This document shows, one piece after another, positions 44,991-57,173 of a stretch of 64,000 nt of DNA. The notes under the pieces were generated by a model. It was not told the DNA's origin, made no database searches, and was given only the letters and a program-made list of their open reading frames with translations. The DNA lies in the NCBI GenBank assembly GCA_964016885.1, contig OZ024747.1:26722001-26786000 (forward strand), written 5' to 3'. A program made the position numbers and the translations under genes. Source of the DNA: Eledone cirrhosa (lineage: Eukaryota). The first letter of the stretch is position 1. Each line of letters opens with the position of its first letter.

Positions 44991-46393
44991 GTAAGCGAAG
45001 AAGGTGCGTGGATAAGGGATTTTATCGTGCTCTTATCAATAAATATGCCTTGTATAGTTTTAAACATCACAACACAATGGATGCCATAAAATTCGAAATC
45101 ATGAGCATGGTTATGTATACGGTCCAAATGTTCAGTAATTTAACCTCACTGCTATTGTAGTTTAATACCCACACTATTAACCTATTCTATGAAGACTTCT
45201 CGTTAATTGTATCGAGGTTTGTGCACGTGTGTGTGTAATAAATATCACAATACGCTCTGTATATTTATACACATCTTCGTTTGTAACTCTAAAATGTATA
45301 CATATACAATTTGTTACCTATCTCAGTCCTGACAGAAACAAAAATTGCTCGACAAATACATATTCAAAACATCTTTGACATGATAAATGTTGGGGTGGTG
45401 TCATGAAAGGACAGGACACATCGTTCTATGATGTGTGAATGTATACGTGTTTATATTTATATGACAGGTCGCCCTTGAGTGCTACTGATAACATGAAACT
45501 ACAACCTGTTGCATTCTTGGGTCGCCGGCGATTACACAGGTAACCGACAAAGACTGCTTTTGTGAAGAGGGTAATTTTTTTACACTTGTGGGATAGAAAA
45601 ACAAAGCCTGTCGAAAGGCAGAGAGGGAACCAATATGCTTGTGCATATATATTGATACTCTCTGCAATAGGGTTTCATGCGGTCACCAAAAGCTTGACCT
45701 CCAACCGACACGGCAGAGCTGTTTCTCTTTATCTCGGATTCAGTGATCTGGAGAGACTGACAAACTTCCTCTCTGATTTCTCGGAAGGATATACTTCGAG
45801 TTGCTCAAGCAGTTAAGAGATGTAGCGTTTAACCAAACACTCCAATGCAATCGATAGGGTTGGACTACTTTGATAAAGGTTAGTTCATGTATCTGGTCAG
45901 ATTACTATTACATTCACGCAAACCAACATAACACACAAGTTGCTCGGTTCTTTAAAGTAAGCTCTTTTCTTTTAAAAAAATTCTATATGTTTTACTTGTT
46001 CATTCCTCGGCATTTTCTCCACATATATGGGACAATTTTTACCTGATTCATAATCACCCTGCAAGCCAGTGTAGCGAAATGAGATGTAGTTAAGTTGATG
46101 TTGGCGCAATTGAATATTGTTGAGTGGATGTAGCGATGGAATTAATTGCTTTGAATTGTTCATTTGAACGTGGCAGTTTGTAGTAGTGAATGTTGTTGGG
46201 AGTTAATTCAATGACTGAGCATTCCACAGACACATGTCTAAACGTAGGTCTCAGGGAGATTACTGTATGTACAGGAGCAACGTGAAATAAAGTGTTTGCT
46301 CAAAGAATCGAACTCATTACCTTACGATCGTAAACCGAACACTTGAACTACTAAGCAATGCGCCCTCACACACAGGCATATATATTATATATA

Positions 46394-46869
46394 CTAGCAG
46401 AAAAACCAGCCTTCGGGTGGTTTTCTGCTAGCAAGTGTAGTGTGCATATTGATATTATATGCATGTAGATATGATACATGAAATAAAATCGTAATTGACA
46501 ATATACAGAGAAATTGAACGAAGACTGAGTTACGCTCTCTTATGTAATCAGTAACGTAATCCATGATACATTAAAAAAAGACGATATTATATATAAACTG
46601 CATTAGGAGAAAATTAGTGACGGAACTATATGAATGCTTATTTAAGCGATCGCTAACCGGAAGTGTTGACATTTGAACATTTCAAAGAAGTGAATCTTAA
46701 AATAAGCAACATAATTATTTATATTTAATCAAGAATAACGAAATTTAGTAGATAAATTATGTAATATTCATTAATTATTTATTCAAAGTAATCCAACTTA
46801 TTTTACTAACTGGATTAAAAGAAATAAACCGTACGCAGTCCCGCACTCTTTATTTTATTATAGTTTAGA
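46394..46869 (-). mobile_element. non-autonomous Helitron-like element
   Basis: On the minus strand it starts A|TC and ends CTAG|T, with a subterminal hairpin (CTAGCAGAAAA-CCACCCGAAGGCTGG-TTTTTCTGCTAG). Confidence 0.6.
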
Positions 46870-48913
46870 TACACACGCACACACATATTGTCAAACATAT
46901 CCGCCTGTAACTCTTTTAATAAACAGGGCATTTTCTATGTCGCTCATGTTGCTGCAATAATTTATCTTTGTTGAACAAAGTATTAAGTCGTGGAAAATTA
47001 TCTATGAATTAAATATTATGTTACTGCTCTGATGTTCACGCACATATACGAAATAAATATATATATATATATATCATCATCATCATTTAATGTCCGCGTT
47101 CTCTGCTAGCTAATGTTGAGCATGTCACATACCAAAACAGTGCCTAATCGATGTCACTGACCTCTCAGATATCTCATTTACATACATTTCTGCACTTTGC
47201 GGGATGCACTGTGTTTTGTCGTGGTGCCAGCACTAGGAAGCTTGACATAATCGAAAAATCCTATTGACCCTTTATTTAGAAAGTTTTCTATGGCTGCATT
47301 CCCTTCCTACTTACTACCAATCATTTTACAGAGTGTGTGGCGTGCGGTTTATTATAGTACCAGCACTAATTGAGTAGTCGTGCCTTTGAAACAACTGAGA
47401 AGTCCTGTCAACCCTTTGTTTCGCAAGTTTTCTACGACTGAATTCCCTTCGTAATGCCAACAATTTCACAGGGTGTAGTAGATGCATTTTTCGTGGTACC
47501 AGCTCTAGAGAGGCTGTTCATTGACTTAACTGTGTGTATGTTGTATTTAACAACTTTTATTTACGACACGTGGCGAGAGTAGCAGCTGGAAAGAAAATCA
47601 ACTTGGCCGGCGTTCTCCGTCTCGGAAAAGTGTAGCAGATGGCCAAGCTGGTAGAGCGGACAACCGACTGGGGATAGAGGTGGATAAACTGTTGGCATCC
47701 TATTAGCGCAGTCCTGTTTCACCGCCAAAAGGGGCTAATGGATCACACTTCTCCTCCCCCTTACTTTTCAATGGTGCACCTTCAGATTTATAAAATAAAA
47801 GTTATAAAATACGTCCTGAAATGCGTTCCTTACGAAAGAGTGCCCACCTAGATTGTTTTCAAGCCTTTTCGAGCACCAAAGCCTGGCGACGATCCTGCCG
47901 CAACCACACAATGATCTATAGCCTAGATATGTAAACATCAACAGCCATTGCCCACCCAACTGTATGATGCCATTGGGTAGAGTTATGTAACTGAAAAGAT
48001 TAATAGGGTTACGTTAGCGTTTGTTCTCGAGTAGTCATGAGTAAACTATGACCCGTTTGACTATCTGAATGACACGCCTAATTTCAAAATTGCTCTGAGT
48101 CTTTTTGTAGTACGGCTTGCCTTATGATGAGTCATGTCCTGTGCAGCCTACTTCTCTAAAAAGGTTGCCCATGCCTGCTCTAGCGCTTCTGACTATAATA
48201 AAGGTTCTAATCCCGCAGCCTTTTAGATTCAATAGTTATCACTTGCCGAGGCAACGAGTTAGCAAAGTCGTTAGAGCGTCGGATAGAAGGCTTACGATAT
48301 TCATTCTAGCTCTTTGCATTCTAAGTTCAATTCTCGCCAAGGTCTATAAAGTACCAACCCAGTACTGGGATCGATTTTCTCTCTCTAAAGAAATCGGTTA
48401 TGGTCAGATTTCATCAGGAGTTACGGGTCCATACATTCACCGAGATAGTATGGTCTAAAAGTTATTTAGATCTAGGTCAGCCTTAATCGAGTTGACCTAT
48501 TATGGAAGGCATCCAATTTTTTCAGACAGTTTATCACTCAGGGAGATTCAGCGTAACAGTGAGTAACAAGGATGGCCCTTTGAATTACAGGTACAACTCA
48601 TTTAATTTCCAGTTAAGTGCACAGGAGCAAGGTGAAATAAAATATCTTGTTCAAGGACTCAATGCGCCGCCCGTAATCGAACTCATGACTTTAAGATTGG
48701 GATCCGAATACCTTAATCACTAGGCCATGCCGACTTCTCATTTTAATAAATAACCTCATAGAAGTCACGCCTAGGTAATAAAATCAGTAATAATGATGTA
48801 TTTTTTTTCAATATGGACTTTGTGCAAGCATTTGTAGAACATACGTTCACACACGTCTCTGATCTTAGACTGCTTGGCTGTTGCAGCTGCCCTCGAAATT
48901 GCCCCAACTGGAA

Positions 48914-48958
<45 letters not shown>

Positions 48959-49009
48959 AATCGTGTGCTTCTATGTTGGACCTCTATCGGTTCCAACGAG
49001 CGAGTATTC

Positions 49010-49300
49010 CAGTTATTCGAACAACGGAACTGCTGCTCGTGAAATTTATGAGCAAGTGGTTGAACATTCCACGGACATATGCACTGTTAACGTAGTTCTC
49101 AGGTATATTCAGCATAACACAGTGTATTACAAAGCTGACCCTTTGGTTTACAGGTACAACTCATCTTTACCAGCTGAATGGACTGGTGCAACATGAAATA
49201 AAGTGCTTTGTTCAAGGACACAACGTATCACCGGAAATCGAACTCACGTCCTTACAATCATGACCCGAACACCCTAACTACTAATCCACGTGTCTTCACA
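49010..49300 (-). mobile_element. tRNA-derived SINE family C (representative copy)
   Basis: Shared body CTCGTGAAATT...AACGTAGTTCTCAGGGAGATTCAGC...TACAGGTACAACTC and a tRNA-like head. Other copies at about 4845-5120, 21115-21395, 46200-46370 and 48530-48730. Confidence 0.75.
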
Positions 49301-51501
49301 TACAAATACTAGTGCAAACATGAAATGAATTATAATAAAGGATTTTGAATATTATATAATCTTTTTTCATCCACTTGTTTTTATAGCATGGATTGAAATA
49401 GCAAGCTATACCTTGTTTATAAGTATGGTATATATATATATATATATCCCCCATCTTCGTTCAACATCGCTGATTGTTTTAACCCTTTAGCATTTAAATT
49501 GGCCATGTCCGGCCAGAATTCTCTCACCTCTTTCTGCTCAAACCAGCTGTAACTGGCCACTCATACTGACGTTAAGGTATTGTTCTCAAAATAAATAAAT
49601 TTCAAAATCTTATGGATTCGATATTATGTGAGATAGTTATGTGAAGTAAAGCCTTATATAATAGTAAATATAGAGTAATGTAAATGCAGTTATGTACAGA
49701 TTTTCACACATATTATGAACTATTTGACTAATAAAATGGGATCTATGTGTATTTTCACTAAAGAAGGAATTGCGGCAAAATATTCTTAATACCGAGTTCT
49801 TTCCAATCGTGGTTTTGCACTGTGGCGTTATGATGAATAGACCGTCAGGGTTTCCAACTTTTTAAAGTATCGACAAAAAGCTGACCACGGGAAAGGACAG
49901 GATCCATTAGGTTCGGTTAACAGTTTTCACTGATTGTCTTTGAGATGTATTGATGGTTATGGCAAAGTTGAATCTGACTGGAAATTGAAGCCGTTTAATT
50001 GAAATAACAAATCGGTTGGCTTCAGGTATATTTTGAGAATGAAATAATTGTATCTGGTAAACTATTCTAACATGACTGTGACCGCAAGACCACAGGGCAT
50101 CATATTTCTAACGGTCAGTTTTGTGCTATTGTGCAATCGCGCGCCGAACACCCTAGTCACTAAACTATGCACCTTCATCAGCGTTGGTCACTCTATTTCG
50201 CGGCAGAGTTACGGCGCTTTACGGTCTGAGTTCAAATCCCGTCGATGTTAGCTTTGCCTTTCATCCTTACGGGGTCAATAAAATAAAGTACTAGTAATGC
50301 ACTGGGTCGATTTAATCGACTTTCCCCTCCAACCAAAATTGCTGACCTTGTGCCTATAATAGAAATCATTATTTCAAATTATCATTAGTGTAAATTATGG
50401 CGAGTGAAAAATAAAAAAGCTAGACTTAGTGATTGTATTTTCCTATTCACGCCACATCTATGCCAATTCCTTTCAAACCTTGTCACTTTAACCACTGCCA
50501 GAACTCAATGGGGTAAAAGCATAAACTTTTTTCATTACCTATCAAAATACAGACATTACATATAGAAGGTGTCGTTTACCTACTCGACCATTTTTTTTTT
50601 TTGCCTTATTTTGAAAAAGTAAGCGACAAACGAATATGGAGCTAGCCATTTCTTTCCCCTGTTTTCTCCACAATGAAATAATTTTATTCATTTGGTTGGC
50701 TACAGTTGTTTCTGATAAGAGGAATCTAGAGCTCGAATTTCAATGAAACGTTACCAGCATTAGTGTAATGTTGGGCAGAAAACAACACAGAAAGAGCTGC
50801 TGATTCGATAAATGACACCTGGTAGCAAAACACACTGACACCCTACAAGCTTTGCCAGCAGTTGTATCAGATTTCAGATGTTGCTATACATAACCTCACA
50901 AGTGTACGCAGTTTCTGGAATGCAATCTATCCTACTACCTGTATTAGTTGCTTTTTTCTTTTTATCTTTTTCTTTATTGTTTGTTGTGTATATTTGACGT
51001 TAGATTAACGGGTAAAAATATATATAGTTATCATCATTAAAAAAAATATAGTTTCACGTAAGAAATCATAAAATTGTATTTTATGCAAGATCATACTGAG
51101 TAATTTAAAGTTAAAGAAGCATCAGTGTATAGATAAATACAGGAAATTAATATAATCTTTTCTTTAACTCTTAACGTCATTTGCCATGTGAAGCCACATT
51201 AGCAAGACATTCTTGAAAAGTATAAAACAGCACTATTACTGCATCACATTAAAAGTTAGTCTTTACTTTTAATACTAAAACAATTTGTCCGCTAGTAAAG
51301 ATACGGTAAAGATACAGTGTGTATTTCTTTCCCGTAACTCGGTGGTTCAACAAAAAAGAAATCAATAAAATAGATACCAGACTTTAAAAATAAGTAAGTA
51401 CTGAGGTTGAAATGATCGATTCAATCAATGCGGTGCACCAGCAATAAATGAATCGTTAAACAGTCTTGTAGCATATTGTATTACACTGATTTACGTTAAG
51501 A

Positions 51502-52351
51502 GCAGGGCCGACGCTACAATTAAGCCCAACAAGGCAGCCGCCTAGGGCGCAGACCTCAGAGATGAATATTACTGAACTTTAGTGCAGCGGTCACCAACCT
51601 TTCGGATCTCACGGACCACTAAATTCATAATATTAAATCCCGCAGACCACTAATATGAATTTTTTTAAAAAAGATAAATACATTTTTAAAATAATGATCA
51701 CATAACTTCCATTTTATTAATATGAAATGCATCTATTAAATATAACAAAATTATAAATGCTTATTTAATTACAACAAAATTATAAATGCTTCTGTAATCA
51801 TAATAAAATCTTTAAAGCAAATAATGTCCAAATTTTTCTGCGGACCACCAAAATTTTCTCTCGGATCATCAGTGGTCCGCGGACCACCGGTTGGCGACCG
51901 CTTCCTTAGAGTATTACAGTTTTATACATATTTGTATAATTATATTAAATATAAAATAATTTCCTGCAATCAAAAAACATCTTTGTCGTATAGCAGCATC
52001 GTAGAAATATCCCACATAGTAGAGAGGGTTGTATGATGCCAAAATGTACATAGTGGAACATTCTAGTCAAAGCCGGTTTTACCATTGTGCTTAGGTGTGC
52101 TTAAGTACAGGACCCTGTTGATCATGGGAGGGGGGGGGGCATCTTCCTGAAAATGAATTACATTTGTCCTAAATTCGGCACAGATTCTAGTAAAACATTC
52201 TATAAAGTTCTTTTTTTCTTTTATTCATACATTCTTTTACTGGTTTCAGTTATATATTTAATTCAATTATACAAATTTGTATAAAACTGCTCCTCTCTGA
52301 AGTTTGCGCCGAAGGCGGCTCCCTAGTTGGCCTTAATGATAGCGCCAATTC
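51502..52351. mobile_element. non-autonomous DNA transposon with ~48-bp TIRs hosting the hAT MITE
   Basis: AGGGCCGACGCTACAATTAAGCCCAAC...GGCGCA matches the reverse complement of 52304-52351. A homologous fragment without the inner MITE lies at ~37802-38030. Confidence 0.6.
51585..51903. mobile_element. hAT (Charlie-like) MITE
   Basis: TIRs CAGCGGTCACCAACC / GGTTGGCGACCGCT, subterminal CGGACCAC repeats, imperfect 8-bp flanks CTTTAGTG/CCTTAGAG. Confidence 0.75.
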
Positions 52352-53251
52352 TACCAATATTTTACGTCATCAACACAGTTCAGTAGGTTGATTTTTCTTT
52401 TGTCTGGTTATATCAGAGCAGCCCTTTCTTCTCTAAGTGGGATTGTTATGACATTATGTTTTAAATGGAATGTGGTACCTTGCTAACATTTTTTTAAGCT
52501 TCTGATATTCTATGTGCTATGTAGTATGTACGTGGGTGTTTCCTTATAAACAAAACTTGTTTCTCATGACTAAATGTATAATGTACGTATGTGTGTGTGT
52601 GTGTGTGTGCGCGCGCGCGCGCGAGATATTATGCAGATATAGAGACAAGACTAAACATCTATACATACAGAAGAATGTATGGAAATATGTTTATGTATGA
52701 ATGCATGCCTGTGTATGTATTTGTATTGGAATAAATAAATGTGCATACCTGTGAGATTGTATATGTAATGTATGTGTATACGCGTATGCTAATATATATA
52801 ACACGTATGCTAACACACATAATCGAATATTTAGATGGAAAAATTAACTTTTATATCCTTTTTAATTCCTTACACATCAAATTATTCGAATAATGTTAGG
52901 TGAAAATTCGTATAATTTTCATCTAACTTTATTCGAATAATTTAATGAACTAACGGTTTTTTTCTCGTAAATATGTCCTGGCGCCCGATGAGAGATAAGT
53001 AGTGAAACGGGTTCTCCACTATACACTGGTGGACAAAACCCGAAACCTAAGGTCGCGTATATATGTTAAGTGTATGAAATTTTAATTATACTACACACAT
53101 TTATATCTAGGAATTGTAACGTCCTGTTACTGTAGGTTCACCAGAGTGAGTACTCAATGCGTAGTTTCCAGTAATTATAGAGGTGTAGAATTAAGCAGAG
53201 TGTAATAATGATAATAATAAAATGGACGATTTGTTATGTCTTCATATATAT

Positions 53252-53447
53252 ATAGCAAAAGAGTCAGGAGCCCGACGGCTGAGCTCCGGCCGTTTCGACA
53301 GCTAGTTCAGATCTAGCTGTCGAAACGACCGGAGCTCAGCCGTCGGAGTCTTGACTCTTTTTCTATTACCCACTCTACTACTCTAAGTATCGAGTACTCT
53401 GGTGCGTTATGGTCCACCTGATTTTTTTACCACACTTTCCTTGTTTT
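53252..53447 (+). mobile_element. fold-back element: ~50-bp-arm hairpin containing the 3' half of a hammerhead, in (TA)n
   Basis: Hairpin 53257-53361 with a 7-nt loop. Arms contain GAAA-CGGC-loop-GCCG-TC. A tail and (TA)n follow. Confidence 0.6.
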
Positions 53448-53723
53448 ATATATATATAGCTCAAGGAGACAACAAGCAGAGATACAAAAAGTCTTATTAG
53501 TTTCACCCTTTATATTGGAAAGAGGAAAGAAAGTTCGACGTGTCAGGCTTAAGCTCGTTTTCAGGAGTACAAAATAGAGACAGGATCACAAAGGAGAAAC
53601 AGAAAAAAGGTCTGTGCAAAGACAAAAAAAAATCGATATATATATATATATATATATATCACACATACACGTGTGTGAGATACTAATAAGGCTGTGTTTT
53701 TGCATTGCTGTTTGTCTTTCTTT

Positions 53724-53821
<98 letters not shown>

Positions 53822-53835
53822 CTCTCTCCCTCTCT

Positions 53836-56800
53836 CTGGTCACCGTCTACTCCCCTTTTGGAGCTGAACGGCCCGACTTCTTCCAGCGTTTGGAGACTTT
53901 TCTGGGAACGTCGCGTTCCCTGCTTCTAGCGGGGGATTGGAATGACATCCTAGATGCACGTTGGGACTATGCAGGAGCATGTCCTAATAGAGGGGGGGGG
54001 GGGTGTAACAGCCTCAAGGGGTTACTCGACCGTTTTAACTTGGTCGATAGATATCGACTAGATTTTCCAACTGTGCCTACCTGGACTTGGAGAAACCACA
54101 GTGGTCAATCTAGATCGTACTTAGATAGATTCTTAGTTAGAAGTAAGGATAGGGACATATTAAGCTGTCCAGAAATGCGCACGGTTGGCTACACGGATCA
54201 CAAATTAGTGACCTGCGTAGTCAATCTCGAGAAAACACATAAACAGGGTCCCGGTTACTGGCAACTTAATTTGTCTTTACCGGCAAAAGAGACTTACAGA
54301 AACCGGATTAGCAGATTAGTTAAGGAGAGGTTGACGGGTGCAATCGTCAACAACCGATGGTGGGCATCTCTCAAAAGAGAGATTAGAACAGAATCAATAA
54401 GTTATAGCAAGATGTTAGCTGCCGATAGGAATAGAAACGAGAAAGAATTAACAGGTAAATTAGAAGAGGCAATCAAGAGCGAAGATGTGGCCAGAGTGCT
54501 GGCATCGAGGACGGCCTTGAACCAGTTTTTCGATGCAAAGCACGAAGGCTGCGTCATTCGAAGTAAAATACGTGCTCTAGGTAATGAGGGGGCCAAAGCC
54601 GTTGGCTGAGCTCGCGTGACAGAAGCTAAGAGTGGAAATCGATCCACCATCCGGTCGTTGCAAGACGAAGATGGACGGGTGATCCGGGAGCCTAAGCAGA
54701 TGTGCGAGGCCTTTCAAAGGCACTTTGCCCGATTGTTCGGGGGAGGCGAGGGTCCGGGCGGGGGCGTGGATTTCGGTCCATACCTCGACGGCCTGCCGCG
54801 TCTCTCGAGCGAAGAGGCAGAGTCCTGCGAGGGACCAATCTCGGCTGATGAGATCGGAGATGCGCTGAGCCAATGCAGCAGACGCAAATCTCCAGGTCTC
54901 GATGGTATACCTTACGAACTTTATTTAGCAATGCCGGTCTTCTTCTCCGAACTCCTCGAAGCGGTCTACTGCAATTGGCAGCAGAACGGGAGAATTCCTT
55001 GTTCTGTAGCCAAGGGCGTAGTCACGCAGATGAGGAAGGACGAGAACAATGGAAATAGTATAAATAATTTTCGGCCCATAACCCTGCTAAACACAGAGTT
55101 AAAGATTTTGGCCAAGGTGTTAGCAAAGAGGTTGGCGCTTGTCGTGGGTGGCCTGGTGGGAGATGCGCAGACATGTGCTATCCTATCCAGGTCCGTTCAC
55201 GATAACCTCCACCTCGTGCGATACATCATAGAGAGGGTTGGCAACAAACCCGGCTTCGGTGGGGCCCTGATCAACTTGGATCAGTCTAAGGCCTTCGATA
55301 GGGTCGACCATGGTTACCTGGATGCGGTGCTAGCGGCGGCTGGGTTCGGTCCTGTTTTCAGAGGCTGGATCACTGCCTTACATAGCAACCACATCTGTTC
55401 TAGGATCAAGGTGAACGGCTACCTTTCGAAGCCGTTCGAAATCACACGATCCATTCGACAGGGGTGCCCTCTCTCCTCCCTTCTGTACGTATTGACTCTC
55501 GAGCCTTTACTGAGGAAGTTGGAGTTGTTGCAGGGTATCCCCCTGGAACCAGGATTGAGCAAAGCGGTGTCGGCCTACGCCGATGACGTAACAGTAATGG
55601 TATCGACCGACTCGGAGATCGAGGCGATCGGTACCTTACTGGAGGATTACGAAAGGTTGTCAGGAGCGAAACTGAACCGGGAAAAATCCATCGGGCTGCA
55701 ACTCGGAACGTGGAGAGGCAGACCGATGCCTCCTGACGGTGTCGTCGGACACTGGACGGAGGGCCCGGTAAAGTTGCTTGGGGTCTGGTTTGGACCGGAC
55801 CTCCAGGTGGAAAAGGACTGGAACGAGGTTACGAACAAGGTGTTTGCACTAACCCAGAAATGGGCCAAGTGTAAGCTGTCCCTAAAAGGCCGGGCGGAGG
55901 TGGCGAACATTTACATAGCGTCCGTCACTTACTACCGCCTGACTGTCGTGCCTTGCCCTAAGGAAACACTCACCACCATGGAACGCATGCTCTTCCAATT
56001 TCTTTGGAAGAAGCGCCCTCCTATGGTGAGAAGATCCATCTGCTGCCAACAACCTTCGAAAGGAGGGCTGGGGATGCCGTGGTTGATGATGCGTAGGCAC
56101 GCATTAAGGCTACGGCACCTACAGGTATTCCTCACTGGTCAACCGGTGTGGGCTCCGTTCGTGAAACGAGCCTTTCCGAGACTCGTCTCGCTCACCGAGC
56201 TACAGTCCTGGGTCAAGCAAAGATCCGGAAAACTGGGAGACTGGCACACTGAGTGTGCTCAGGCGCTCAGGGCTCTCTGGCAAGCGGGCCAGGCCATCGG
56301 TGGAGAATCCACCTCATCATTCTATAGAGGGCTGGTGGCTAGCAGGGGCGATGACACCCTTGGAGAGTCGCTGGACATGGAAGAAGACGAACTGGCCAGC
56401 CTGTTCGGTAGGACTTTCGGCCCAGGACCAATGAACAACTTCCAGAAGTCACTGGCCTGGCAGTGCTACCGGGGGGCTCTACCCGTTCGAGAGAGGCTCT
56501 ACAGACACGGGCGCCCGGGAAGGGATCCCTCAAAAAAGATTTGCACTAGATGCGTGCGTCACGAAGAAACCGTTGCGCACGCATTGGTGCAATGTCCGGG
56601 CGTGGCTGATCTGTGGGGCTACGCCGAACGACTGCTGTCGCGGGTGGCGCCGATTAAATTGACCGCCGAGTCCGTGATGACAATCAAACCGCCTTCCCTC
56701 TTCATAAAGGAAGCAAAGGCGGTTTTTCTGTGCGTAATAGCCATGTTGAAAGAGGTTGTTTGGTGGACACGATTGAAAGGTCTGAGGTCAGGCAACTTCC

Positions 56801-56958
56801 TCTCTGGCCATAGTCTGGTCTACTTCTTCCGATATCACTTCGGAAGAAGGATAAGAATGGAGAGAGAGGTGCTTGGCCACAGGCAGTTTTATGAAAGGTG
56901 GGTGATAGTGGCGAGAATGGCTCGTGTAAATGGGCCTTCTCTGTATACCATCCTGTAG
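53836..56958 (+). pseudogene. LINE ORF2 (endonuclease-reverse transcriptase), N-truncated, one in-frame stop at 54607-54609
   Basis: ORFs 53614..54609 and 54616..56958 share a frame. The TGA aligns with a Trp codon in the other copy (KAVQWVRV vs KAVG*ARV). Confidence 0.88.
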
Positions 56959-57173
56959 GTAAAGAAGTAAAGGAGAGGGGAGCACCTTCTCCATGTGCTC
57001 CCCGGGCAAAGGATTGCACACTTTTTCGGGGGTGTGTGCAACCCCCATCACGTCCCCTCCCTTTTGAGGTTATTTTCGATTATTTTCATGTTACACCCTT
57101 TTTACTCGATTATATGTAAACTCCCCCTTTGTATTTGTCCCTTCTTTTTATGCCTTTATGGTAAATAAAGAAA
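53836..57173 (+). mobile_element. Tx1/L1-clade non-LTR retrotransposon, 5'-truncated, young, inserted in (TC)n
   Basis: Endonuclease C-half (GDWN, SYLDR, TDH), RT motifs (LDQSKAFDRV, RQGCPLS, YADD) and C-terminal CTRC...H...C finger. AATAAA at 57164. TATCTATC/TCTCCCTCTCT-like sequence on both flanks (TSD-like). Confidence 0.95.

Noticed and set aside
45480-45890. GC-balanced segment that looks like decayed coding sequence
   Set aside because: Multiple stops and no motif I can recognise; possibly an old transposase or RT relic that needs BLASTX.
53614-53835. N-terminus of the 331-aa ORF
   Set aside because: Read-through of TA/TC microsatellite flank, not part of the LINE ORF.
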